From the NCBI GenBank assembly GCA_028534125.1, contig CM052816.1, positions 65,598,001 through 65,662,000 on the forward strand: a stretch of 64,000 nt of DNA, given 5' to 3'. The translations under genes were made by a program, and so were the position numbers. The notes under the pieces were generated by a model. It had not been told where the DNA came from, did not search any database, and was given only the letters and a program-made list of their open reading frames with translations. Source of the DNA: Lama glama. Its lineage: Eukaryota. How positions within the stretch are numbered: the stretch's first letter is position 1; every line of letters begins with the position of its first letter. Shown in pieces: positions 1 to 14,609 of the stretch.

Positions 1-1434
1 CACTTTAAATAGGACACTGGGAGGAATTAGAAATTGTGACACAGTCGCAGAAACCCCACATTAAAATCCAGCCTTGTCACCACTCTGTGATTACACATAT
101 CAGTATTCCTTTTGGGCCAATCAAGAAATCATTGAATGATACTAGAGGGAAAATACACTTTTGTAAGGAGAAGGAAGATCATATTTGGAGGGAGGAAATA
201 TGTATGACCATTATAGTAACAAATAACGGGAATACATATGTGAATTTTTATGCACTCTTGGTTTTATTGAGCAAAAGTAGAGAGATTTATTTCCTTTCTT
301 TGTTAATTGTTCATACAAAAATAAACCCTACTGTGCAGGAAGCCAAGCACTCCTTCCTACCTCCTCTTGATATTGAAAGAGTTTATTGAAATCCTTAAGT
401 CGGCTTCATACGATCGTCCCAGTGATGTCTCTTGGATTAATTCAGTCAAACCGTGCAGTGTGACCAATGCACACAGTCTGTGAGAAGCACATGGGTAGCT
501 CGCCTCTTCTTGATTTTTTTCTGCCTCTGTTGTTTCTGTATTTTGGTTGCTTTTATCCTACCATCTTGAATCTCTTACACCCCAAATGACAGTATGCTCA
601 TTCTATGCAAGGTTTCTCCTCCTCCCCGCCCCCTGGTGACATCCCTTCCCCCAGCGACATCTCACTTCATTCCCAAGAAAAACATCGCCCTCCCCTCTCT
701 GCTCGCTGTGTTTACATTTCTCTGCTCTTTTCCTCTCTCCTCCTGGCATGCTGGTTTAATCAATTTTACCAAATGACTTTCCTGGCAGCTGTAAAAAAGA
801 AAACCCAGAGCCAGTTAATAGCAATCTAATGCTGTACTTTTGGTCATTTCTCTGAAATGTACAGAAATGTTGGGTCATCGGATTGATTTTTAATGATCTA
901 AATGATCAGATGTCTCAACGCTGCACTGCAGCAGCCTGATAATAAATAGGGAAGGGGAGGGGCTTGGGCGCTGGGTGCTCACTCAGTGCCCCATAAATAA
1001 TCCCCAAAACACCAGCCAAAAGGACAATGTAAAATAGGTCTTTGCCAAAACATATATTAGCATTTTTAAACAAAGTCATCTAGCTATTTTAATTTTGCCT
1101 ATGGAGGAACTAAAACAAGATGTTTTGGATGAGGGTTTAGAAAGTCATTGATAGGGTTAGTAATCAAACTGCAGCCTAATTCTATGCGTATCTGTTGACA
1201 TAAGCAGGACGTCAGTTAGTGCCTCCCAGCATCCCCAAATAGCATACTGGCGTCTCAGAGGTGAGGGGAACATTGATTATTCTTTGTCTGAAAGACAGTA
1301 GAGCTCTCAACATATACAAAATCAGTAAATTGTAAAACAAGCCACTTGTTTTTTTAGCCCTGTTAGAAAATTTTTTAAAAACATAAATATGGGAGAAAGA
1401 AACAGTGAAATATTATGAGCCCACCATAAAGCTT

Positions 1435-1505
1435 TTAACTAGCTGTATGACTTCAGGTGACCTGCTTAACTATTCCATGCTTTGGTTTCCTCACTGTAAA
1501 ATGGG
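1435..1505 (+). mobile_element. MIR core fragment
   Basis: actagctgtatgac..cttaac..tttcctcactgtaaaatggg. Confidence 0.7.
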
Positions 1506-1679
1506 CAGCCTAGCAGGGGAGCAGCAAGTCAGGAGTGTAGCAGGAGTCCTGCACTTACTAGTCATGCAGCTTCTGATCATCATGACCCCATCTGCCACCT
1601 CTGTCATTGTGCCTCCCAGCATCCTTTCCCGCCGGGTCTAAGTCCACAGGACAAGGCTGCTGTCCCAGGGCAAAGTGGG

Positions 1680-1890
1680 TTTTGGAGTCTAATCACAGCT
1701 CAACCACTTACTTTCTGGGTCCGTGGGCAATAACCTTACCCTTCTAGCTTCTTACAGCTTCCTCATCTATAGAGTGGGGATGTTAATACTCCCTTTATAG
1801 GGTTATTATAAGTATTAAGAGTAATAACTTATGTAAAACTCAGTGCATAAAATCTTTCCCCAAAAAAGACGCTCAAAAATGTTAGCTTTA
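1680..1890 (+). mobile_element. MIR
   Basis: tttggagtc..ccacttact..ttcctcatctatagagtgggga..atagggttatt..tatgtaaaac. Confidence 0.75.
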
Positions 1891-3189
1891 TTTCACCCTT
1901 CTCCCCTCGTGTCCAATGTTCCTAAATGTTATGTGAGAGGGAACTAGTTCATTTCTTATGCCAACGCTTCGGTTAATACAATGCTCTTTTGAGGCGCTCA
2001 GCTCAATTTACATAGCTAGAGATACATAGATACACTCTTTACACCAGGGAGATTTGGGGCTCACACTGATGAAAGGGGTTTTTATGTCTATTTCCCATCT
2101 TATATAGTGTAGTTCTCCTTGAGAAAGAAGGCACTGTTTCATTTTAAAAGGCTGGATCTTAGTTATCTATAATGAAGTAGCCAAGTTGGGCTGACCACCA
2201 GTCTAATGAATTTCTGTTGGATCCGTTCCATTTAGTCTCTTTCATGGCCTTGGTCAGACAGCTCACTAATGGAGGCACTTAACGATGCCACGTTGGTCCA
2301 GATGGTGTGACTGAAGAAGCTCATTTCCACTGCTGGTAAAAGTGACCCAGAGGCCCTCTTTGTTGATGATATCAGGAGTGTGGTCTTTGTGTTAGAAAGA
2401 CACCATCACCCCTCTCCCCATCCCATATTGTAAGAAAATTAGACTCTAATAGAAAAAAAAACCAAAACAAAACAGAGCCCAAGAGTTGTAGTAGCAGGAG
2501 TTTATACCCTCATTTGAGAAATTCTGTATTCCTGGGATAAATGAGATCAATTCTGGCCTGTAATGACAGTGTTCCCTGTGGTTTTCAGACGATGGAGAAA
2601 GTATAGCAGCAAAGCGAAGCCCTACAGATACCTTGGGGGGTGGGAGTGGAGAATAAGACAGAGAAGAGACATAAAACAGAATTGAGTTTGATGAGTTGTT
2701 TTAATTTTATTTAAATTTGATGTCTTTAGAAATCAATTTATAACCAAAACTATAAATAAATTTTACGTAGGATTAGAAAGCTGTCAATCGATTTATTATA
2801 AAATGTTTTAAAATGTTTCGATGGATAGAAAAATCCATTTTGACTTTGGATCACCAGTTCTTAAATACTGATTTTTATTTCTGAAAACAGCAAATCACAT
2901 ACACATTTTATAAATCCATATCATTGTCTTTATACATAACGAAATAATTTTGATCTTTTGTTTGTGTTTTGTGTTTGTTAGTATGTGTTGGTAAGCATCT
3001 TCAACCCTATTACATGTTTGAGGCTTGGAAGTTACTAGGGAGGCGGGAGAAAGGTATGGCCTCTCCAAGAACTCAGCCTGTGGTCAGAGAGACAGAAACA
3101 GGATTCTTTCCTTTCTGTCAACAGTTCCAAAATGAATATCCGTGTGTGTGAGTGTCTGTGTGTTTGTGTGCGCACATTTGTACTTGGGT

Positions 3190-3560
3190 AATCATTTCTG
3201 TAGGATAGACTCCTGCCAATCAAAGGTATGTGTGTTTTACATTTTAAAACATCTACTAAGTTGTACTTCAAGAAAGTCTTTCCAATCTATCTTTCCACCA
3301 AATGTTATGGGTGTACCTGTTTCCCACCCCCTCACCAGCACTGGATATTTTTAGTCTTTAGTTTTTACCAGTGTGATAGGCAGAACATCTCATTGTAGTT
3401 TGCATTTATTTCTTTGGTTACCAGTGAGACAGAACATCTTTTCAAATGGCTATTGCCTATTTGTACTTCTCATGTGGTGTTTTTTTGGCATCCATTTCTC
3501 ATTTTTCTTTTGGGTTGTTGATCTTAATTATAATTAATTATAAGCTCTTCTTGAAGCAAA
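3190..3560 (-). mobile_element. Old L1 (L1M/L1ME-type) fragment
   Basis: cctgtttcccacccctcaccagcactgg..ctcattgtagtttgcattt..gaacatcttttcaaatggctattgcctatttgta resembles the antisense L1 ORF2 3' end. Confidence 0.75.
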
Positions 3561-3769
3561 CAATACAGTCATCGTACCATGGCTGTTTACAGCCCTCTCT
3601 GCTAACTCACTTTGCAGAAGCCTATACTATTCAGCTTTTTCAGATTTCTACATTATTTTCCTTCATCCCTAATGTAACATTCCTACCATTGTGGTCAGCA
3701 GGTGAGATGGCAAACATTTGAGGAGGACAAGGGAAACAAATATGCACTGATTTCTTATATGTGCTACGT

Positions 3770-3975
3770 GGGTAACCTGTACCTTCTCATGCTCCATCGA
3801 TGGATTACAGTAAAACCAAGTGCATCTAAAAAATAAGTATCATTGTTGTTTTCCAATGAAAAAAAAGAAGACTCTGTGAAGGTTGAGAAATGAGCCCAAG
3901 GTGAATGAAATGATAAGACCTCAGGTCTGTCTGATAATACCAAAACCCTGGGCTCCCTCCAGCAAACCATGCTTT
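3770..3975 (-). mobile_element. MIR (diverged)
   Basis: Reverse-strand core: gaagactctgtgaaggttgagaaatgagcccaaggt..caggtctgtctga. Confidence 0.55.
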
Positions 3976-5269
3976 CTTTAGAAACACTTCTGTTTTGCTA
4001 AACCTAGCAGCACAAATTAGCCAGTTTATAGTCAGGGCTTTGAGAAGATGTAATGCAGAAAGAGCTGAAATTGGGGCTTGAGTTTATCAATCTCAAGCTT
4101 TTGTTGGGGACTCAAGGAGAGAGGATGAGGCTCATGACCAGAGGGGTAAAATCATCCCTGGATTAATTTGGAGAACGGAAGAAAAACTGGAAAAGGCAAT
4201 GTCAAAATCCTGAGAATATAATCCCAGGAGCATACTGGTAGGAAGAAGGGAGAGACAGTCCAGGTATAAATGTGAATACTTTTCACTGTTCATGAACTAT
4301 CAAAGAAACAGCGTCAACAGAACAGCAACAACATGGACTGGAGAACAGTTAATATTTGTGGTCCCTATGAGATGCCATTCAGACAGCAGAGTTTAAAAAA
4401 AAAAAAAAAGCAGAACTCATACTGCCACAGGGTCTCCCAATAGCAGGTGTATTCAAATACCAGGACCTACCTTTGTGAGAAGAGGATTAGTTATACCTCA
4501 GCCTGTTTATCCAAAAGCAAAGATGTGGGTGGCAAGATTACTAGAAGTGTCTTCTTGGAGTATCAGGGACAATTACGGTGGCTCAGGCCACTGACTTTCA
4601 GTCAATCCCATCTGGTACTTTACAAATTAGCTCATTATTCTGCTGTTCTTATGAATGTGCTAGTCTGCAAACATACCGTTGTCATAAATTAGTCACCTAA
4701 TGTTTCTCTGAAAGTGATTTCACCTAAACCCACCCACATCATCACATGGAACAGCAAAACAGGTCCTAGCTTGATCCTCTAGATGGAATTCAGAATAAAT
4801 TATGATATGCTTTCCAAGGGATTTTTGGCACAAGCATCACCTCCCGATTTCCTAAGATTAGAATGTGATCCTTGCCCTGAGTACTAACAATATCCTGTCA
4901 TACTAGAAACCTCTTCAATTTCCCCTATGAACTCCAAGAGAGATCCAAGCCTGCTGATAAATGATGGATTTGCAAGTTGAACATTGCTTTTGTTTGTTTT
5001 TATTTACATTGGTTGTCACAGGTGTCATCACAACTGTTGTTTCAGTTCAATAATAACTAATTGCAATTTTGAGAATTAACGTAAACATCTGATTTTAAAA
5101 GTGGTTTCTTTTTGTTTTGTTTTGTTTTGGGGGGCAGATGAGCTTACTCACTAACTAGTAGAAAGGAAAAAGAATTGTGAGAAAGCATAAGCTTCCCTCT
5201 CCTAACTTGATTACCTGTTGAGAAGTGCCCTGGATTATATTAAATATTTCATGGTGAACTCTCTCAGGG

Positions 5270-5720
5270 AAGATGCCTTTGGTGCAAGCTCAGAGCTGCT
5301 AACTCAATGGTTTAACATAAGCAAATAAGGAAAATGTACTGTCTTTTCACAGGAAGTCTCAAGGCAGAGTGTTCCAGGGACAGTTATTCAGAGGCTCAGG
5401 CCCATCACCTAGGTCTCCTTACTGTCTCAGCACACTGCCCCTTTGCTCAGCCTGGCTCTCCTAATTAACACAGGATAATGGCCCCAGCCAGGCACAGCGT
5501 CCAAAGGCAGGAAATCAACCCTGCTTCCCTATGCTTCTCTTTTTATGAAACACTTCCAGAAGTCATCTCAGCCGACTTCCCTTTATATCTCTTTGGCTAG
5601 GTTTGGTCTTATGAATTACTGGCCAGAAAATGGGATTAGACTGTTCAAGGTTTACCCTTGACCGCATAGAGGGTCGTCTTCTCTGAGTATTTAGCTGCTA
5701 CAAAAAGTAAACTCCCACAA
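5270..5720. mobile_element. MaLR LTR (MLT1-type), diverged
   Basis: aactcaatggtttaa..caggaagtc..ttccaggg..ttcagaggctcag..gacttccctttatatctctttggctagg. Confidence 0.55.
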
Positions 5721-5989
5721 AAAATAATTGGGTTTCTGCCAGTAAGGAGGAGGGAGGGTGGATGCTGAGTCCTTTACCAACAGCAGTGAAGGAACCATGA
5801 TGTGAATCCCACGGTAATAAATGTGAGAACTGAAGTTTCGACAAAGAAGCCGTTTCCCAAAGTGTGGTGTCAGCCCTGAGTTCCGAATTTCAAAATAGTT
5901 GGCCAAGAATCAGGTTTATGACTTTTGGGGCCTCTATACAGGGTCTCTTTGCTCAGATAAAGACAGTAATAGAGTTCAGAGAGGAGAAA

Positions 5990-6865
5990 GGAAGAGCAAT
6001 TTATGAAAAGCTATTAATTTTTTTTTTAAGGAAGAGATAACTAGGTAGTGCTGTGAGCCCTACCCTCCGCTCCCTCAGAGCGGGCTGCTGCCCTCATTCC
6101 CATCAAGCCCAGGAAAAGAGGACGTGATGGGAGAACTTTTCCCATGGACCAGATGTATACCACACTTAAGAGAGAGCTGATCTCGAGCCATTTTGTCCTT
6201 CCCAAGAGGACCATCTGGGAAGAGCACTTGGACTTCAACTGCAAGACACTGTAGGGATAGCAACTAGGAAACCACGGGCTTGGTGGGGGCCAATTACCCA
6301 GCAGCACCCGGCAAACAAAGCCCTGCCTAAGTCATAGGAGTTGCAGCCAGGGGCCCAGCAGGGATGCAGCTGATGGACCCAAAAAAGTGCCCAAGAGATG
6401 AAGAGGCAGCTTTCAACATCTGCCAGGACCCCAATGCAAGATGCCATTTTATGATAGTGCCAATTCAGAAAACACCCTCCTCCTTCCTTTCATCAGCTCT
6501 CTCCATGCTCTCTGCCCCAGCGTAGTCAGTACCAGCAGCTGGGAAGTCAGGCTAACCCCTGCCTCACCCACTTACCCCACTGCAAGCAGCTAGTCTGCAG
6601 TGGGCCCAGCTGGGAGCGGAAAGAAGATATGCGCTAAATCAAGTTTGGTGTTTTGGATTACGGTTTGGAAGGGACATTCTCATTTCTGAATAGAATCTGA
6701 GTTGATGGTTTAAAGAGAGTATAAAGCTCTCCGTTGCCTAAGAGGGCCCAGAAAAGTCACAAGACTTTCTCCGTAAGTAAAAGTTAAAGGGATAGTGGGA
6801 AACCAAAATAAAATGTGTTTTGAGTACATATCACATGTCCTTATTTTCAAAGACTTTGTTACCAT
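5990..6865. mobile_element. Probable ancient LTR (family uncertain)
   Basis: GC-richer block ending with TATAAA, aataaaa and ..ttgttacca, like an old ERVL/Gypsy-type solo LTR. Confidence 0.35.
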
Positions 6866-9194
6866 ATTAATACTCTTTTAAAAATATATTTTTAATATCC
6901 TGATAATACCACATCACATGTGTATCACTCCTTGAGTATTTCTCCTTTCTGTCTTCCTCTAATATTTAAAAGGAAAATTACTTACACACTCCAGCAAATG
7001 TTCTGATCTTTAACATACCTATGCACCTGTAGAAGAATCTCAAAGTGATCTGCATTAAAGGTGTGGGAAGCAGCAAGTCATTATGAAAAATAAGGGAAAT
7101 GGAAAAGTTGGAATTAATGGTAGTACCTGTCTGTCCCACTCTACTGCCTCTCACTCGCCCTTGTCTTTATTCTCCTCTTTAGACTCCTTAGGACTCAGAG
7201 TTTAGTATTGTCACCTGCTCAAAAAAGCTGCAGTCTCTGAGGCGAGGCCACCAGGGATTCCAGGTTGCAACAATCGCTTGATCCTTCTCCTTTGGGAACA
7301 AAAATATTCAGCCCTTGACACAGATACACAGTGGTAGCCTCATCTAAATGGCCTGTGCCACCAGTCAGTGGGTAATTATTGGGCAGAGGAAGAAAGGTGA
7401 GGAGTTTATATTTTCATTAACTTTGTTCCTGCTTCCAGCGCAATTTCCATTCTTTTAAAAATGAAGCAGGAATTTAAAAAATTGAGAAATCCTGATAACA
7501 GACCTACCTGTCCCATAACCAATCTAAAGAGGATGGGGTCATTGGGAAGACAGGAGGAATCCTAAAAGTAAATGTACTATTTGATTAGCTTTGCTACTCT
7601 ATTTTGTGGGAAAATGTAAAGTTCTTTTGTGTCTTCATCCATTTTGCAAACCTTGGAACTAGGAATGACAGATGAAATCATGTTACATTTCACACAATTC
7701 TTCCTCACTTATAATGTGCTTCCCATAGAGAAAAGTGTAAGCTACATAGCTAGGCAACTGGATCATGTGTTAGTATTTTTCTGTTTCATTCTGTTTCGGT
7801 GTGGTGTTCATGTTTGCCAGTTTGTGTCTATTAAGTGATCTGTATGGTCTGTAGTGATGTTCTTAAGGGTGGAGTGTGCCATTAGAGAGAGAGGCAGGCT
7901 AGCTGACAGTTTCAAGTGCTCAGCACTATGGATTGTCCTCCAAGTCAGAATATTTAAAACAGCAGAGCAGACGGTGTAAAATGCTCAGTGAAGGAGGGGA
8001 TATCTGTCTACAGTAATGAACTAGGATTTAATAACTAGCCTTGAATTTATTTTGCACTCAAGTGCAAAGAATGTTTTAATTAATTATATCAAAATGACTT
8101 TAAAGCTATTATTTTAAAATATTGAGTTCTGTTTTTAATACATTTTAATGTTTTAAAACTGTTAAATTATTCTTTTTAAAAAATAAAAATTCCCTAAAAA
8201 GGAATTATCCTTTTGAGTACTAAATTCTTTTACTTCATAAAGCTAATAAGAATCACCTTATTTTCCCCTTTCCTTAATCTCTCTTTCTCTCTTTCTGTCT
8301 TTTGCCTTCTTATCTGAAACAAATTAATATTCAGTAAAGAAAATGATGAAAGGAGTTTGAGGAAAATAAGAAGCTGATATTTTGACTGGAAGTATAATAG
8401 ATGTGAGTCATAGAAAAATTATGCTCTCTCCTGAATCCCTGGGTGTGGATGTGGATGTAGATACATTTATTGTTAATTCCTCTATGAGTGTGTGTGTGTG
8501 TGTTTTAATTTAAGCTCCTTGATTGGGTAATCATTAATTCAATGTCAAGCTAATTCGCTGTGGCTATTCCATATTATAATCTAGCATTAATTTTAAATTG
8601 CTTTATTTTTGGAGGGTGGGAAAGGATTTATGAATAGCCACATAAAATTTCTTACATGGTGACTCATCTACTCAAAAATTTGATTGCAAGGAAAAGAAAC
8701 TGACTTAAACCAGCTTCTGTGAAAAAGGAGGGTGTATAGTTAATATAAAGATACAGAAGATCATAGAAGCAAAGTGTAGATGGATTTTGTCGGATTTGCA
8801 AAACTCCAGAATTGAGGCAACTGCTCTTTCTGTGGCCATAAAATCATCCATTTCTGTTTGTCTCTGTGTTTCAGCTCTTTGCCTGCTTCTCTCTCTAATT
8901 GCTATAAGTTCCTTAGTCATCAGTTTGCACTTGACCCAAAATGGCTTCATCCCCTAAGTCCATAGGACATTTTGGTTCAAGCTCATCTGGAACTGATTGG
9001 ATTCCCTGTTTTTCTTTTGATTGTTCACATTCCAAATAGTGAATAGTTTGCTACCCAGTGAGTGAATCAGGTGGCAGTGGGTCAAGTTTTCATACCTGTT
9101 CTGGTGAGGTTTTATAAGGGTACAGGGAAGGAAAGCTCTTTAGAAAGAGCTGTAGGCAGATATAATCATGTTTGGTGTTGTGACTGATTTATTT

Positions 9195-9310
9195 ATAATT
9201 ATTTACTCAACAAATACTTCATTGAGCACTTATGCACTATTCTAGTCAGTGAGGATTAGGGACAAAACAGACCAAAAAAGTCCAGTGCCTTGGTAGAATG
9301 TGATTCTTAC
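9195..9310 (-). mobile_element. L2 3' end
   Basis: atttactcaacaaatacttcattgagcacttatgcactattctag. Confidence 0.7.
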
Positions 9311-10329
9311 GATAATCTTTAACCCTCTATTTCAAAGATAACTGGAAAAAAATGGAGTAGCAATGTCATAATACAGCAGATCCAAGGTATTGAAATAACA
9401 ATATAGATGTGTGACTTTACATAATATCTACATTATAAATATATACATGCAATGTATAAATATCATAATCATATTTGCTTTTACTTAGTTCTGTTAACTG
9501 TCAATGGTATGGGAATCTGAGTGTACGTGTATATCGGAAGCAGTAGCTGAGGTCTTTGGGTTTTTAAGTATCTGATTTGCAGACTTTGATGCAGCCTCTT
9601 TTAATTTCCTATTAAAATGACTATAAAAATGCACCCTCCCAAAATTATAATTAAAACAGCACTAAAACTCAGGACCAATAGTGACTTATTGTCAGAATAT
9701 TAAAGAACCAATAAATTAGACTGAAAATACCAATGGTAGATCATCCATCCTATTCCACTCGAAAAGTAGGTAACAATAATTTCTTGGATTTACCTGGACC
9801 AGAAAACATAAACACTAATACTGCTACTGAAGTAGATATGTAACTACCTTAAGTGTTTTTAAGAAAAGTACACAGCAAACACAAAGATGGATCAGAATGA
9901 AGGAGTCAGAAATCTGCACGTTTGCAGTTACTGACATATTTGAGCTGGAGTCAAATAAACACACACTATTACCAAGATGCGTGATCAGATGTTTCATTTT
10001 GCAAGTAGTTCCATCCATGTTGATGGTTCCAACTCTCAGTACTGCTTCTGGTCCCAGCTACAGTGTTCATGTGGACATGAAAAAAGAATAAATCAGTTGT
10101 TCATTTCTCTTTTAAGACTTGATACTTGATTATTAGCTAATAATGTTAGTGGAATGTTTGAACTCTTGAATGTATATTTTGAATTTGACAGCTCAGCTTT
10201 GAGGTTTCAGGTTAGATATTTCAAGTCTGTCAGAGACTCTATCTGACAAATACTAGAAATTTGGGTTTGATATTCCAATACATAGGCATTAACTGTGAAT
10301 GACTATTCTTCCTTAATACATACTAAGTA

Positions 10330-10660
10330 CATTTTTCTCCTCATTGGTGTTTCAGTTATACAAATAATACATGTAAATATTCTCATTAAGAAGGTTAATC
10401 AGTTCAGATATATGTAAAGTGAAAGGTGAAAACCCGTTGTTAATGAGGACTACTTTTATTTTCTCATCTCAGAGGTAATTGGTTTGTCAGTAGTTTGGTG
10501 TATATCCTGGTTCTTTTCCTCTATGTTGACATAAATATATTTTTATATATTTTAATTCATATTAAATAATTCATATTAAAGATACTACTCTGCAAACCTG
10601 AGGGTTTTTAATGTTTTACTTACCAATATTTCAGATGTTTTTTCCAAGTCATTCTTAGGG
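10330..10660 (-). mobile_element. Old L1ME-type 3' fragment
   Basis: cagaggtaa..agtttggtgtatatcct..; AT-rich and highly diverged. Confidence 0.5.
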
Positions 10661-10929
10661 ATCTATACTATCCCATAAACATGGGTATATTTTGAAGCTG
10701 GGCCTTACCTTATTACATGAGAAATATTTTTACTCCTTTGAATTTCTGAAACAAATATGATACAAAGTCTTTGGAAAAGTTTAAGGTCAAAGTGAAATAT
10801 AATTCCTTTTCAGAAGGGACTTCCAACACTACCTTGTTGATTTTCTTCTTTTCTTTTTTTTTCCATTTTAAGTAATTGCAGACCAAGTGAAGAATCTATA
10901 TTTTATCACATTTTCTAATGATTGAGTTT

Positions 10930-11150
10930 AAAGTATATATGAACAACATGCAAAGAGCTCTCTTCGTGTTACAAAGTGTTTTTCTATAATTCACCCCAGA
11001 AAGTTGAAAATTATATTAACGTACAGATTTGCTATTATTCTGTTACAAATAAGGAAATTGAGTATCATAGAGGTTTAGTGAGTTGTTCAAAATTGCACAA
11101 AAAGTGAAAGTCAGAACCTGAAATTAAGGGCTCACATCTTGAGACTCTGA
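10930..11150 (-). mobile_element. MIR
   Basis: ttacaaataaggaaattgag..agaggtttagtgagttgttcaaaattgcaca. Confidence 0.65.
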
Positions 11151-14100
11151 GACAGAATGCAAATTCAACTTATTTTTCCTTCAAATTTGCTGGGGATTTT
11201 TTTCCCATTTTGATTTTTTGAATAATAAATAGTATGTGCTTTCTTTGTAGTCTAGCATTAGGAATTCTAACACTTCTGCTTTCAAAAATATTAAAAGTGG
11301 AATTTAGCAGGCGTTCTAATTACCCCAGTTATGACATGTATTGTGGTTGGTGGTGTGAAGATTTTTTTTTCCCCTGTAAATACATTTATTTATCACTTTG
11401 GATGAGAAGATTTAAGCTGAGGCTATATGATCCAAAGTGACTTTTGTTACATTAGTTAAATCATGAAAATTTCCAACAAAGTATCTGTTAGTTTTAGGTG
11501 CTGAAAATATGTGTTTAAGGAATTTCTTTTTCACTTTTCTATTGGTGGTTGTATCCTTGGTTATAAGAATATGTAGAAATTGAATGAACTAGCAACTTGC
11601 TGAAACGTGACCCAGTGCCCTGATTCTTAGCAGCTGAAGCACTGGCTCCATGAGGAGCTCCTCTTATTTCAGTTATAAAGGAGCTGAACAGCGTGCCTCC
11701 AGACTTTGCCAGAACTTGCCAGAAGCGGGGAGTCGTTACTATCAACATGGTCATTAGTTAACGTTTACTGAGCGCCGACAACGTTTTTGGTGTTGTGAAT
11801 ACACAGAGGAAGGCACTGTTCCTTTCCGGAGGGACTGGCTTTCTGTAAGGGTGGGAGAGAGGATTGGTCTTGAATGTTCTTTTCCTACTAGGAGGTAGGA
11901 CTGGGGACTGTGCTGTCATCTTGGGTCTCATTCTACATACTGAGATGCCACTCTCGCCTGCTTATTAATTGATGATATCTATAATATGTAGAACAAAGAT
12001 ACGTATATTTATTCACATGCATGAGCAAAAAGTGCACATAAATTTTATTTCTATTGGAAAAAATTTTTAAATATAATGCTTTTCTGTTTTTAGGTGAAAA
12101 CATTATGTCCCCCAAGATATCCAAGTGACTGTAGCTTCTACTTCCTAAGGTATAACATAACTATACTGCTAATATAGAGAATGTGCTAAAAAAAATATGC
12201 AGAGGTATTTGTATATATAAAATATATTTAAACAAAGGTTATCCAGCCTCTTGAAAGAATAGGACATTTTCCTAAAATATCTGAACTGATAGTTAGGGTT
12301 TCTAAAAGATTAATCATAGAACACCTTTTAGGCTCTTGTCCATATCTAAATCTAGAGTTTTTATTTCATTTCACCCAAGTTATTTAAGAGGCCATCACTG
12401 ATAGTAGCCGTTGACTATAGCAGAATGTGACAGTGACAGAAACATATACGTTATCACTTGAAATTAAAGTTTCATCTCAAAAGTGAGAAAATCAGTGAGT
12501 TAAGTCATTACACTCTTCTTATCAGATTACATCCTCCATATCAAATAAGTGATTAAAGAGTTTAGGAAACACACAAGGTTTAGACCAGGGTGTGTCTTTA
12601 TTCTGATTAGCATAAAGATATAACTTAATCACTTGTATTATACTCATTGTGAAGTTGAAGAGGTCTGAAGAGAATGGAGTCTGGAAACTGAGGATACAAA
12701 GACTTTGCCTTGAAAGTGTTAATTTTGTATTCCTACTGTTAGCTTTTTGTGAACACTTTTTTAAGAACTAGACTCCCCTTTTCAAACCAAACCTAGGAAT
12801 AAATCGGGTAAAAAGCAAAGGGGCCTTGGTTGAAATAACACAAGTTAACTGGCCTTCCCTTTGCCATGAGTTGGCTTGAGGCAACTTTGCAAAACCACAG
12901 GATTCCCAGGAATTTAGTCTGAAAACTGTCACCCTTGGGAACAGAACCCCCTAGCCATGGCAGAAAGAGACTTTAATTACAGGAAAAGGGCATGGGGATA
13001 CTAGCTAGTTAATTCTTCTCTATTTCTGAGAACTCTAAATAGTCTTTCCTAAAAATATTAGATGAGCATTTGGTTTGCTTTGCATTTGTAGTTTACACTT
13101 TATCAATAAAGTATCAATAAAATGACACTTAAAAAAATTTTTTTTCTTACATCAGTCTCCTATGAGGATAGTTAATGTGAGTCCATCCTTGAAAGACGGA
13201 TTATTCTTGTGCTTGTCTTGGGATTAAACTTTTAAATAGAGGGGAAAACAAGCCTTTGTGTCATTAGAGCTGAGCCTACACCATGGCTGTAGGAAGTTTG
13301 TGCCAATCTATGGTACCCTGCTAATAATTAGTGCTTTGTTGATTGAAATGATGGGGCTGGGACCTGCCATAAAAGTAATCTTTATGCTTACTCCTATACT
13401 TCTTAGAAGTTCCAAGAAAAAATGATGATCTTTTAGTAGAAAAAATAGATTTGTATTACCTTAGTCCATCAACATTTATTCAACTTTGAGAACTTGTTTT
13501 CAAATTACGAACCTGTTAGTTCTGCCCAAATGTTGTTTCATTAAGACCACACATTTGTAAAATACTAAGTCATGTGAAATATCAGTTTGTAAAATAGTGC
13601 TCATAACTCTGAAGACCCTATTTCTAATATACATGGAATAAAAACGCTAGAAATAAGCTATTTCTATTCTCTAAGCAAGCTCATTCTTTTATATACATTG
13701 CCTTAAGTTTTCAAAATACTCAATTTAGGGTTGTTTATTAATGTGGAGTCTTGGTTCTGTGAACTGTGAAATAAATTACATTTTTTTCTTTGTTATCCCT
13801 CAAGCAGAAATTTGGCTTTTCTACTATTTATCAAAGCTTCTCAGTTGTGTGTCCTTTCATTATAATTTGTTATACCTTATTCTAGGCAGTTGCATCTATA
13901 AAAATGGAAATAAAAAGCCAAAGAAAGTTTACTTTAAAAATATGCAGTTGAAATCTCCTCTTGGTTTAAAAATATTTTAATCTGGTATTTCCTCTAGTAA
14001 TCTGATGACTAAATTATTTATGTTTTTTTAATCTATAAAGTGCTGCATTATTTCATTGCCCATAAATGGGAACACAGCTAACATGTATTGAATGTTGACC

Positions 14101-14609
14101 TGTGTGGTAATTGAGAGAGATTCAGAGGGGTTTTTGCTGTTATTTCACCCATTGGTATCACTTTGGGATTCAGAGTAAAGTAGAACGAACTAAAGAAATA
14201 AGTAAATTTCAAATAAATGATGTCCATCATGAGGGAAAATAAATTTCTACATCACTTTTAAAATTCGTTGTATTTGCTACTTTCCATGGAGACCTACTCT
14301 TTCATATAGTGTAAGGACTAACCTTTGATTTAGAAATAGGTTAATGTTCATCATCTATCATCATCATCAAAGAACATCATCAAAGAATTAACCTGTCAAA
14401 TAATCATCAAATAATGTGAATTTTCTTCCATATCTACTGCTAACATGATGTATGATGATGAAAAAATACTATCATTTTGGAGACATCTCCGAAGTTGGCA
14501 TAATAACTGTTATATCCTTCTTAGCCTGATTCTGTGAGGCTAAAATAATACCTGTAAAAATAAACATTTAGAAAGCATAGCACTAATGCAAGGTGGTATT
14601 CTTTCTTAC

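Noticed and set aside
36..389. 117-aa ORF
   Set aside because: GTG start, no recognisable domain, no splice context; consistent with a chance ORF.
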